Source: Phoronis australis | Taxonomy: Eukaryota > Animalia > Phoronida | Length of the DNA stretch: 64,000 nt | Reading direction: 5' to 3' | NCBI GenBank assembly: GCA_002633005.1 | Contig: NMRA01000249.1 | Span: 539,117 to 603,116 of the forward strand | Part shown: piece after piece, positions 38,901 to 50,600 of the stretch | Numbering within the stretch: position 1 is the first letter of the stretch | How the letters are laid out: every line of letters starts with the position of its first letter | Position numbers and translations under genes: made by a program | The notes under the pieces: model-generated | The model's input: the letters and a program-made list of their open reading frames with translations, nothing else | Databases searched by the model: none | What the model was told of the DNA's origin: nothing

Positions 38901-41900
38901 CATAGTCCATAAGTTGTGATTATTGCAGTTTTGGACACAAAAGACGTCGCCACCGGAATCTGATGATCAATTTTGGAGAAAACGTGGCATCCGGCCAGAT
39001 GGTAGTTGCAATCATGAAAATGCGGTAGCAGGTAGCGGTCATCCTTGGTTGAAGCGTTTATTGAAGCGTTTAGTAGTCTGTCGTCACCACAAGGACGCCA
39101 TAGACCGCCAGGTTTGGGGACGACATGGGATGATGAAGATCACGGTGAATTGGATCGAGGTATAATACCCATCTTTTCCATTCGCAGGAGTTCATCTTTT
39201 GACGCCGTCAGTCGTTCGGGATTCAAACGTCGGGAACGTGCGTAGACGGGTGGTCCGTGGGTTATGACATGGTGCTCAACAACGCGTTTATTTGCTGTGG
39301 AATGGAAACAGCTCCAAAAATCTATCGTAGCAAGTTAGAATACTCTTCATGGGCGTGAGGTGAGGGACCTGCAAGTGTCATCCAGATAGTGTTGTTGCGT
39401 GGAAAAATAGAGGGATTTATCAACAGACAAAAGATGCGTTGCCTTTAAGATCAAAACCAGGCAGTGGGCAATGAAAAAATCAGCACGTAGCATAGGGCGG
39501 GTGACATCGGCAAGATAAATTTATGAGCGTACTGCTGCTTAAGAGTGAGCACCACCGAGAGCGTGCAGGTGCCCCATGTTCCGTTAGCAGTGGAGAAAGG
39601 TGCGGAAAGTGGATTGGTCTTGCGGGTTTTTGCAGCGGCAGGATAAACTGAAACTTCAGCGCCGGTTTCTATTAAAAAATATCTACCAGTGTGTTGGTCC
39701 ACAATGGAGAACGTGTTGGAGGTGGAAACACCGGCCTCTACCACGTTTAACGGCCGTCTGTGGCGTTTCCCTGGTTGTTTTTCTTGGGTGACGCAAAGTT
39801 GCAGCCAGGCTGGTAGCAACGAGCCTCGGACCCAATTTTTTTGGTAGAAGCATACGGTGAAAGGGAGCCAGAGTCACCATTGTGAGGACGGGAACGGCGT
39901 CGTAAGCGCGTATCGGCCGAAACCATGTCTACTGAAACGGACGTGCAATTGGCGTGGTCATCGTAAAATCTATAAAACACGGTTTGATTGTCTCTAGGCA
40001 TGGACTGAGACTTGTTGTACCCTGGCAGTACATGCCTTCAAGATACGGTCCGCGGTTGTACCAAGGTCGTCTATGTTCGCGATGCTGTGTCTCGCCCGGA
40101 TAGTGCGAACGTCAGCAGGTAGGTTCGTCAGAAACAAAGCACGCTTTAAAGTTTGAGGGTCGTCGTTAAGAGCGTTGATACGTCGCATAAGAGGAGTGGG
40201 ACGTTTGCCACCAAGGCCATTAAGGTTCAAAAGCTCAGAATCCATCTGAGCCCGGGACTTTCCAAAAGCGTTAATTAGAGCGCACTTCAATGCGCCACAC
40301 TTGTTTGTGAGTGGTGGGTGGAGGACAATAGCCTGAACTTCGTCGGCACTCACCACATAATCATATTTCGTTTGGTCATGTATAACCCCTTTGATTCCAA
40401 ACATTCTTGGTGAACCCAACTTCGGGCGATTTTGTCCAAAAGTCTGTTAACTTGGTGGACACCACGCTCACCTGATTGGTTTGCATTCCAAGCGTCTCAA
40501 GATTTGAGGCGAGGTCAGTAAAAAGCTTTGTATCACTAGATTACCCTTCTGCCATTTTGCTAGTGTTCAAAGTTCGAGGTCACCAGTGTAGAATTCAGAA
40601 AACACAAAATTGTAAGTAAATAAAATACTTAATTGAGGCAGACACCTGATGTTGGAATAATTGAAAACGAAACTAAACTACAGTGACTTAACAATTCGTT
40701 ATAACTGACAGGTGGCACCACAAGACCTTAGTCTTTGCCTGTATACTTCTTGGAATTCTTACTGAAGTACCTGTGTAGCCTGTAAGTGCAAAAGATTAGG
40801 AAAGTTAGATTATAATTGAGTAGTGAAAGACTAATACCAAAGATACAGTGCAAAGGAAATCACCCTTGAATACGTTGCTTACGATCTAAGATTGGAAATT
40901 GAATCCATGAAAATATGGTTATGTCCCAAGTTATTCAGCAGCCGTTGCATGAATATAAAGGTACCACATAACTGGTTAATCAAGCACAAACAAGATTCAT
41001 AATTCCATCGTGTATCAGTAAGCAATTAGAAATCACCATTCAGAGTCGACAGAGTTGCATTGTTAGCAGAACAATTATTGAGGCTATAAAACCCTGTTCT
41101 ATCAATGCAACTTAACTTTTGATTTTAACCACTTACCAGTGCACAATTGACCCCAACTTTATCCTTGTTCAGATGAGAGATAATTTTTGGTCTTGCAAAG
41201 AACTGTCAGTTCATTAAGATTGAGACGATTTCAGGTGACTGAAATGGCATGCTGTGACAAGTCGACCTATAGAGACTGTCTGTCTTAAGTTGTAACAAAT
41301 TGCTAGAAATTTTCAAACCCAAAATTCACACCTATTTTTATCAAGGAACAATTCGTGATCAGTTTCGTGCTAATGATACATGTACGTGGTCTAAATGAAA
41401 AGTTGGTTTTCGTGACTGAATGCAGTTTTATATCCATTAGAGCACAGACACAAACCTTTGATGCAGATCCGCAACAGCTCAGAATCCCTGAAAGATGACA
41501 AAAGTGACATTTGTAAGAAGAAATCAGTTTAAATTTCATTCTGAGGCCTCTATACTGAAAACTCAGACCTGTATAAATCTGAAACAGTGATATTGAGTCG
41601 ACAGATGGAAACACACAAAGGCGAATTTAGGGGAGACGAGCAAATCAGGTCCCATTTTGAACTTGGAAGGGTAACTAGGCAAAATACTGGCTTACCATTA
41701 TGCTGATGGTTTTAAATCATGGATGTCGTGCTTACAAATTAGGCCTTTTGAAATTGACATGCAAATGTAGTGAAAGAAGTTCTGTGTGAAATCTGTTATT
41801 GGTCTATGTAAGTTATTACGACGTAACAAAGGGTGTGTGGTCCTGCCTCGGAAGATGATTATTTTATTACGCCTATGAGTTCTGAATAGCCAAGTCTGGA

Positions 41901-44900
41901 TTGCATCATTATAGGCATGTTAATAAATTGTTTTTGGGCAATCAAAATAAGGTTTTGGGAAATCGTGATTGCTCCCGACACCAAAATGAGACACGGAATT
42001 TCAATAAGCAATTAGAGTTAGATTCTCCCGTATGCCATTTGTCACTACGGTGGTGCGAAAGTCTGACGGGCAAAATCCTGCCTAATACTCTGCCCTGCCC
42101 CTCCCCTCGCCCTCCCAAACATAAATCCTGAATGAGATGACAACTGTTGTTTGATCAACTGGACATCCTCTAATTCACTGAAAAATTTAGAGAAAAACAT
42201 CACACTGATATGACTGAAGTAGAGTGTACACAATCTTAACGACTCAAACTAAATACTGTTTCATCAGGCTTTTCAATGTGCATTTTACTGTTTTAATATG
42301 GAGCAGCAGTGACACCTCTTGCCAAAATATAAACCACACATCATCTGTGACGTGCACTCATCGTTCAAAATTATCTGTAATACTTGTTTGGTAAGCTGCT
42401 TGGCTGTTTTCGTAAATTTAGACGTAAAAGTCAAGGTCCAAGCAGTTTCTTTAGTAAAAAGTTCACTACAGGGGGTTGTTTTTGAAAACCCAGATGTACA
42501 TGTAAACGACTTGGTCTACGTATTTTTTTTTGTAAAAAATTGCCCTGTGGGGGTTGATCGTGAACGGTGGTGGGGTTAATGTGTCACGGACACCCTAAGA
42601 TATTTGGTCATGTATGAAGCCCCGAATACAAATTGAATATGCTTTAAACAAGGCAAAATACTTTAAATGAAACATAGTGATAGATTTCTCTGGTAAGGAT
42701 TGCGAGTTGTCAGTTGAATAATATGTGAAATGTCACTCATGAGATATTACAGAGATTAAATGCAACAATACCTCAAGGTTTCTTCAGGCGATCTGCTTCT
42801 ATGACCAGTCTGGGACTCGCCCGAACAAGTTCATATAGCGGGTTCGTCTAAACCACTCATTCTAAAAGTACAGATGATGAAGAATGGTTTAAACACTACA
42901 ATTTGACTCATTTTACCAGGAGCAATCAGTGGAGGATTTAGAGGGGGGCAGGGGGGCCATGACCTCCCCCCCCTAAAATTCTCCCAGATTCCACTTTGGA
43001 CCATACAGGCTGCTGGTAACAGTTTTCTCCTAACTTGCACAGTCTAAGATGGAAATACAGAGAAAAGGTGCCTATCGATAAACAAACAAGCTTCAGTTTG
43101 CCACACCTATTCCTTCTTTTAACTTTCAATGGAATAAAAAGAGGTCAACTTACGGTTACATAGGCATGTGTATGTGCTAAGTATTCTCATAACCGGGAAA
43201 ATAATTGGATATTCCCAAGTATATCCATGTTGACGAAGAGTCACCACCCACTGTATTCACTAGGACCAACTAGCGGTATGAGCTTTCTAATGAAGCACTT
43301 GGCATGGCCAGGTGAGGAAGAATGTGCAGCATGTCCTTAACACGTCATCCTATAAACTTCTCATCCCCCCAAGACAATTCTTCACACCAGTTTCTACACT
43401 GCTTTGCTTGCTGAAATCAATCTAACACTTGCAAATGTAAGTTTTTAACCTGGGCCAGCTTGAACCAGTAAGCTGGAGTAAACCTGTGGCAAACACTCGC
43501 AGGACAAAATTGAACAGCTGATCGAATTTTCTCTCTTCAAAATGATTCGAGCCTGAGATCAGTTACCCAGTGAATATTCTAAGCGTGTACACATGTACGA
43601 GTCATTGAACATTTTACAAACAGCACACTTACTTCTCGATTGAAAGCCTTGCAAAATCTTCTTGAGATCGAAAATTCAAAGTTGTCATAGTTTCCCACCT
43701 TTCAGACGAGTTGCTTAGGTATACGGTTTGTTGGTAATGGCGCTTTTTGTATTGAATCTCGCAGAGCAGGATGACCGCGCTTCGCATTCGGCCTTACGTT
43801 ACCAATCTCCAGTATTTCTTTTGACCTCTGTAGCTACGCATGAGTTGTTGCCATATTTTTTGTATTTTAATGACCTTACTTTTTTATTTGTTGTAAACAT
43901 TTCATTCGTTCGTAGTATTAAACGTGTTTTTGGCAATTTTACACGTGTTCAGAGTTAATCACTTTTTGGACTTTATGTCATACCAAACAACCGTCTAAAA
44001 CGGCGTTAAGAGTTTTTTGTCTAAAACTCGGACCATAGGCCTTAAAATGAAAACATGTCTTCAGATTCCCATTTTTCGAATACAACTTTGTGCCAACAGG
44101 TGTTCTGACAAGGTTTTTTGAAATATGACTTTGACTTAAAACCCTTGCCACCCAGTGGTGGATAGGGCATCTCTGTTACCTAGCGCCATCGAATCCTGTT
44201 GTTCGCCAAACTGTGAAATATGAAGTTGCTAAAATTCTGACCGTAGCAAAGTCCTCTAAAGGTTGTGCACTGTACGCAGGACTTTGACATTCTTTAAAGG
44301 CGAAGGTAACCTTTTTTCGTGTCATCTTTAGCAAAAAGAAGGTTCGTTGATTATCTCAGACGTATTTTTCACTTATTTACTGCTTTTCGTAATTTAATTA
44401 ATTGCACGTTGTCTACTCCGGAAGTGACGTTTTGGGAGGACATGCAAGCAAAATATTAAACGGACCAGTCTTCGGTGGCGAATTTCATATTCATGTTCAT
44501 TCAAACGGAGACAGGCCCCAACTCATGAAACGCGGCGAGACTGTCTAGCTGTGCTGTCTGTAGGTCAGTTCAGTGCTCGCGCGCGGGGAAGCCTTGCTGA
44601 CTTATTGATGAACATCTTTTAAGTTTTAATATTACAACTTCAAAGACTATTTATAGACTCCACCTTGATTATTCTCTACGAAAGATGAATGCAATTTACA
44701 ATTGTTGAGCTTAAAATAAAACTAATCACAAAAAGTAACTGAATTAATTTACATTGCGTGTTTTTACAAAACTGGCGTCATGTAGTTAAAAGTTTAAGAA
44801 ACGTCGATTTTTCCGGCAAAAAGATCATTTTTACGATTCATGTGAGAAAACAAATCCAACACTCGGCTCAGATTCATGACATGGGCAAAGGCTTTTGAAA

Positions 44901-47246
44901 TTTCGTTAAAATCCTTCAGCAAGCTTCGGGATTTTGATAAAATTTCCTAGAGGTTTGTCCATGTCATAAATGTGAGACTCGAGTAGGATTCTTTATTTAT
45001 TTCATTTGCCAGTTTTATTGATTTCGTGATTTGTAAGCCGTTATGCAGGTCACATCGCTTACTTGGGTTTTGTTTTGTAATAACCGATCAACAATAGATG
45101 TTTTAAGTACTCTATCACCGATCATAAGGATACAACGCAATAAGATATGCAAGCCTTATTCTTTATTTTGAGTTGCACTCTACGAGAACATGTATTGCTG
45201 CAACAACCCTGGTGAGCTATGTTCCCTGGAGGAGACTGTCAAGATGTCAAGTCGATTGTATCTACATTGTAGGAATAGGATGCGATTCATGACTTTTTGA
45301 AACTCACAAATAGAACCGTTTCATTAAATCTGAAGGCGCTACCAACATTCGCGTTTTGTCTCGATGTGTGAATTGAGGGTACTGACTACACCCGACGTAG
45401 CACAACATTATTCAATCTTTTATTTTCAAGTTGACCTTCTCAAATCTAAATTCGCAAAAACTTCACTTCAGTTATAACAACACACGCACCACATTCCCAG
45501 ATGAATTCATCCATTCGTGACCGTTGTGAGAATTTGTGAACAATCCTAAAAAAAATTGTCAGAAACAGTATTGGTATCAGGACCCGGGACCATCTTGAAA
45601 TTTGAACAATTGCATGGCACCCTTGCAAATTCGTATCTGCATCCTAGAGCATGGTTGTTTTAGTACGTATCACTTTTCGAGGGTACTGCATCCCCTTCCA
45701 CTTTCCAATTTCGGAGGTTAAATCCATGGCCCTGACTATTTAACTCACCATTAAATTGGCAGATGTAAAAGCAGGGAACTCCTCTTATGTTCTTAGTTCC
45801 TCTTGAACAATCGTTCCATTTGTATGAGGGAGGATCACCTGTAAAAATAGCCATTGGTAATTCATGTATTGTTAGTGTTCAAACGTCATGATCAATTAAT
45901 GTCCTAGACCACTGATTTATTAAACATCCGTTCAATTTTGGCTTTCACTGCTAAATTGCATCGAAACATTCGTCAACCTAAATCCATGACAGCGGAATTT
46001 TTGTTAGAAACTTCCTGTGACTGCCAACTGAAATTGCTATTTTATGGAAACAAGCATATTATCTCCAGTAGCTAGGTTAACCAAAAATAAAGATTCCATG
46101 GCCTATTCTGCATCACCTGCCTGTCTTCATTTTTATTTATGCATTTAAATGTCATGTCGTACTGCTTTCAAAGCAAATTTAACTTACCTTGCAGCAGTTC
46201 CGTGATCGGATAATTACCAAAATGTGTATATATGAACGACAATCTTCTGTTGTTCTGACGTTTTACAGTTTTCGCCATCTGACGACGAGTATACACAACC
46301 ACGGTTTGAACATTATTGCAATGACTAGATAACTACATGTATATGCTTTTTTGAAACAATCATTCTTGAGATTCTTGCATTACGTGTACTTTGACAAGGA
46401 GACTGAGTACCTTCCCAGAGCCTCAGTGACTCTATTACCATTTTGATATATCTGCAACACGTCTTCGTGGCCATCTAAGTCGTTCGGCTCTCCTAAGTGC
46501 CAATTGTACCAGGAGATCTCCTCGCCTGAAAACATAGTTACCATCACGTGGAATTTCATGAACTCTGTTCACTGACGTTAAAGATTGCTGAACATTTGGG
46601 TAAATGACAAAGTTAAGCAGGTCATGAAAATTTCAAAAGCATACTGAACCATGTTTTGTGGATTTTGACCGTGCTTTTCATCATATGCATCATCGTATAC
46701 TACAAACAAATTGAAAACGTCACTACATTTACTCTGCATACATTGGATGGCCTACTTTCAAAACAGCTTTGGCGGAGTTCTGTAGACCGGAGACGTTCGA
46801 TAAATTTCAACCCATAATTCATAATCCAAACTTACCGACTAATCACTTCATTGGCCCATACTTTGGTACACTAGTATATGTGGCGCACGCAAGAAACACT
46901 GGCATTACAATAGTCGGTGATCTTGCGTTGGCAAGAACTTGGTGCACAGAACACTACCCCTGCTTCCGCCACCTGACTCTTCCTGATTGCGCTTGGCTAT
47001 ATTTCAGGAAAACGTGAAAAAGACAGAAACTCCTACCATTGCTAAAAAACCATTGCTTCTTTTTATAACCGGCGATCCACGTGCCCCCTGCTCCGTTCTT
47101 CAGTAAATCATCTACTTGCGCCTTTGCCGCGTCGTCGTTGATTGCCGCCAAGCGTCCGCCATCGTTGATACAATGCCATCTGGCGTCGTTCCAGTTCTTG
47201 AGTTCTTGAACAAGTTCATACCGAGTACCTGTCGTCTTCGTAAAAA
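28789..47246 (-). CDS. Type I membrane C-type lectin receptor: 2 CTLDs, Thr-rich mucin stalk, TM helix, short tail (signal-peptide exon not firmly identified)
   Basis: phase-compatible exons on minus strand: 47246-47037, 46525-46439, 45838-45749 (CTLD1: WNDARWHC..GGRLA..TWIAG..EPN..WND..FYIC), 31896-31615, 31217-31068 (CTLD2: WNEAIERC..YWIDG..QPS..EHC..WNDLDC..FVCQ), 30055-29260 (mucin), 28972-28789 (TM VMFLTGLGVIVVLFMTWMSYVAW, then EKLRKR*). Joining across the 13.9-kb intron is inferred. Confidence 0.75.
29260..30055 (-). CDS. Lectin exon, Thr/Ser-rich mucin-like stalk
   Basis: ORF 29250..30119; ttcag acceptor, gtacat donor; in phase with both neighbours. Confidence 0.8.
29893..29955. repeat. 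(GTT)21 coding microsatellite (poly-Thr on minus strand)
   Basis: uninterrupted GTT run inside the mucin exon. Confidence 0.9.
31068..31217 (-). CDS. Lectin exon, CTLD2 C-half
   Basis: FWSPGQPSNPQDEHCIEVMGTTGHLWNDLDCGQKRNFVCQY; tgcag / gtattg. Confidence 0.88.
31615..31896 (-). CDS. Lectin exon, CTLD2 N-half
   Basis: STICGQLTTEGECILIGNTKYYYF...YNWNEAIERCKERKGILARI...YWIDG...WTWAD; atcag / gtaaca. Confidence 0.85.
35291..35699. mobile_element. MITE with CCAGGGCCCGGTCTC terminal inverted repeats (PIF/Harbinger-like termini)
   Basis: ccagggcccggtctc ... gagaccgggccctgg, with extended imperfect inverted arms. Confidence 0.7.
36586..36720 (-). repeat. 3' LTR of the Gypsy element
   Basis: direct repeat of 40587-40722, about 20 differences counted by eye. 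Confidence 0.88.
40587..40722 (-). repeat. 5' LTR of the Gypsy element
   Basis: direct repeat of 36586-36720, adjacent to the PBS. Confidence 0.88.
42268..42552. repeat. Dispersed repeat, second copy at 55158-55542
   Basis: shared gcttttcaatgtgc...gccaaaatataaaccacacatcatctgtg...ttggctgtttt..cgtaaattta; the second copy has ~120 bp extra. Confidence 0.7.
44853..44990. repeat. ~140-bp imperfect palindrome (MITE-like foldback)
   Basis: aatcc...ctcagattcatgacatgggcaaa...aaaatcc mirrored by ggatttt...tttgtccatgtcataaatgtgag...ggatt. Confidence 0.65.
45749..45838 (-). CDS. Lectin exon, CTLD1 C-terminus
   Basis: DPPSYKWNDCSRGTKNIRGVPCFYICQFN; tacag / gtgagt. Confidence 0.8.
46439..46525 (-). CDS. 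Lectin exon, CTLD1 EPN loop
   Basis: EEISWYNWHLGEPNDLDGHEDVLQIYQN; ttcag / gtaata. Confidence 0.8.
47037..47246 (-). CDS. Lectin exon, CTLD1 N-half
   Basis: RYELVQELKNWNDARWHCINDGGRLAAIND...TWIAGY...QWFFSN; ttcag / gtagga. Confidence 0.85.
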
Positions 47247-47674
47247 CTGAAAGAAGGAATCACTAGCTAAAAACCTATAGCGTATCCAAATTATCTCAAG
47301 AGTTTACAATGGTTTTACGATTCACTGCAGAGATTTAAAAATTATTCAATTTAAGGATACGTGTACCTCTATCTCAATAAATTTCGTTAGTTATTAAATA
47401 TTTCTTTTACTCATGACAAATTATGTGAGGATTCGATATATTCATTTATACCTACGACTGTGTTTTCTATTTAAAATCGCCTTTTTTCGAATGCCCTTCA
47501 TAGAACATGAAACTTGTTTATCTGCGATGTGTCAATCAAATCATATTTCGCGTCAAATATGTCCCGCAATGCAAAGCCCTATTGCTCATCAGTAGGCCCA
47601 TCTCTCAAGACGGCGTTCGTGGTCAACTGCCGTGTTATCCAGTATACATATGTGTTATCCCACATACTGCTACC

Positions 47675-50600
47675 CAGTGGCGGATCTACGGGGGGGGGGT
47701 TCAGGGGGTTTAAACCCCCCCCTTGGGCCAGGACCCAAAATTAAAAAAAAAACAAAAACGTCGTCACCAAAACAAAAACGACACCACCAGCGTGTGTAAA
47801 CCCCAAGTAAACCAACTTGGAAAAAATGAGGGGGGGGGTTCACTCTGAAAAAATAAATTTTTGAATTGCAAATTGCTGTTATGAAAATCAACGCATTTTG
47901 AGTCTTCGTGGATCATGGGCAAAACGCGCGGAGATCAATTGTGGGCGCGCTTCCGTCGACACTTCTGAAGTTGCCAAGCATTTTAGATGGATTCACCGCT
48001 GAAAGAGCAGCTCTATAACTGATTTCTTTGGATAACTAGCTTCTTTACTCTAAGATATAATTTGATTTGATTAGGGGAAATACTGTGGTGCTGCAACCCT
48101 GATATTCAGGCAAATTGACGNGTGGTGCCGCAACCCTGATATTCAGGCAAATTGACGTGCAACGTTTTTACCTCATCTGTCATTCCATTATACCCTAAAC
48201 GTTTGTAACTCGAATTTGACTGGTGTATAGTAAAGTTGTCTTGCGCAATACATACAGTGTAGCCTACATGTACATGCAGTATTTTTGAAAAGAACTCGTT
48301 TTCCGAAGAATTACTATTGTCGCGGGTGCCGTGGTCTGGTCGCGGAACCGTTTGAAGATGCACTCTAACAAGCTATGTCTATACAAAAAATGACCAAGGG
48401 GGCATTCACATTGACAAAGTGACCGCATTCGCGAACAGTGTACAGTACCAGAAATTGCGGGGAGGCTGTATTACAGCAAAGTCTTGAGGGACTCGTGCGA
48501 TGTTCAATAGACCTCCTAAGGAGCTCTAGTTCCGACCTCAATACCTACCGTCTTTCTACCTGCAATAAGCACCACTGCTGTCTTCTATACTGGCAATTTC
48601 CGCAGAAATTCCCACCCGATGAAACGCCCATGCCCATGGGCATTCATTTGATGTTAGTACTTGGGGTTTCAAGCGTTCAGACATTGGGACGTTTATTCCG
48701 AAAATGGCAAGAGATGCAAATAGGTCCTGGGATACATCGACTAGGTTTGAAGTAGTTCATGATGAACGGAACAAATTTAGTTGCGCATGTAAGTCTTTTG
48801 AATGGACTTGGCAACCTCAGGGGGTTTAGTGCCAATTGAGCTGCCAAACGACATTGTAGAGGCTTACAAGCTCATTGACACAGCAGTTGACGAAGTGCAA
48901 GCGTTGGGAACAAACATCAAAGATGCCTGGGTAGAATGGTTCCAAGACAAGCAAACCATTGGATCCCGCGATATACAGATTCCTCAGCAGTCCAGACAAC
49001 AGCAGAATAGGACTAACGTTCCTGGATACATACCCACGTAATAAGTTATAATTCTGCACAGTTTGTACATAATGTCGGTTTTTATGCTTGTATACAATGA
49101 AAACGAAATAGAAATTATTTTTGGTCATACCAAATTTACCCAATACAGCAGAGGGTCTACGAGTGCACAAAAACTGATTCTGGTTTATATTTCCACTTGG
49201 CTCTGTCTGCTTCATATCCAAAATTAATTTCACGTAGTGCGTAGTTAAATTTGTACTCAATACTTGTTTCTTCCAGTGAGTATTACAGAACGGTGCGAAA
49301 ACCCTTCCTAGACAACCTCTCGCAGCAGTTGACGACCAAATGTATTAAATACAAGTACATTTATGAGCAACCACTGGGAATTTAAAAGTGTCTAGAGAGA
49401 GGTTTTCAATTCAAAAGTTTTTGCATATTACGCTTTAGGTCTCGCGAACTAGTCTTGTGATGTTTTTTTACCAAAGTGTGCTTTGTAAAACTATTCATCT
49501 CAGCCAGAACTGTTTGGTCCCGCGACAGATCGACTATTTTTCTAGGGATAATAAGCACAGGTGTACTTTTGGTGTCGTGATGGACCAGGCGTTTTTGTGT
49601 ACTCTCAGTGTACATCTGGTCCCTCTGCGAACTGGTCCTGATTATCTTTTCNTTTTTGCATAGTACGCTTTAGGTCTTGCGAACTAGTCTTGTGATGTTT
49701 TTTTACCAAAGTGTGCTTTGTAAAACTATTCATCTCAGCCAGAACTGTTTGGTCCCGCGACAGATCGACTATTTTTCTAGGGATAATAAGCACAGGTGTA
49801 CCTTTGGTCTCGTGATGGACCAGGCGTTTTTGTGTACTCTCAGTGTACATCTGGTCTCTCTGCGAACTGGTCCTGATTATCTTTTCACCACGATGTACAG
49901 AATGTTTTGGTTTCGTGAAACTGTTTTCATATGATTCGTTTCCAAATACATTTGACGTTTTTCATTGTTGTCAACGTGATTCAGCTTAATAAAGTGATAC
50001 TTAATTGTTTATTGTCGCTTTTAGTAATATACTATGTGTTGAGAGCACCATCGTTTGCCAGTTTTTCTCATAACGAGACAGAACACATGTTTATTTCGAG
50101 ACTAACAGTACAGGTCTTTGTTCTTAAACAACTTGAGGCTGGTGTTACGCGATCATCTGATATTCAATTTGTTACTCCCCGTCGGTGCTTCTTATGCTCT
50201 TGAATATTTGGTAGTTGGCTAAACCCACACACACACCACACTTTTTCANTGTTACGCGATCATCTGATATTCAATTTTTTACTCCCCGTCGGTGCTTCTT
50301 ATGCTCTTGAATATTTGGTAGTTGGTTAAACCCACACACACACCACACTTTTTCATATACGACTTTTCGCATGCTAAAAAGGTGTGTATAAGCAGATGTT
50401 CCAACAAAAATTTTTGCTGGTGGCGTGACTCATACCCAGATGTGCACAAATATGGTTTCACGAAACTTATGAGCCACGTTCATGCGACGAAATCGAGAAG
50501 GGTTTTAAATTATCTTAAGAAAAACTCAAGAGACATGTTAAGTGCCAGAAACTTACCAGGATGCATGGAAATTTCACTATTTGGCTACAAAAACAAAAAA

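Larger units (their letters stand above)
36586..40722 (-). mobile_element. Full-length decayed Ty3/Gypsy LTR retrotransposon, CsRn1-like
   Basis: LTRs 40587-40722 and 36586-36720 (TGT...ACA); 4-bp TSD AGAC (36582-36585, 40723-40726); PBS TGGTGACCTCGA (tRNA-Trp-like) at 40574-40585; PPT at 36721-36732; gag (~40500-39994), protease (FLIETGAEVSV), RT (MPFGLKNA, LDDILV), RNase H, integrase (TRWPEAIPL, ITSDHGAQF, PQANGMIER); all frameshifted. Confidence 0.93.

Noticed and set aside
48085-48158. 36-bp direct repeat, superficially like a CRISPR repeat
   Set aside because: Only two copies abutting an N (48121), no spacers, eukaryotic context.
49418-49887. ~230-bp near-identical tandem duplication giving twin ORFs (MYTESTQKRLVHH...)
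   Set aside because: The copies are joined by a single N (49652) and differ by a few SNPs, typical of unmerged contig or haplotype overlap.
50142-50357. ~107-bp tandem duplication
   Set aside because: Joined by a single N at 50249; assembly overlap artefact.
50557-50584. Apparent 28-bp minus-strand micro-exon (tag...gtaagt) that could bridge the phase for the lectin 5' end
   Set aside because: It lies in subterminal sequence of the hAT-like MITE and encodes no hydrophobic signal peptide, so it is unsupported without cDNA.
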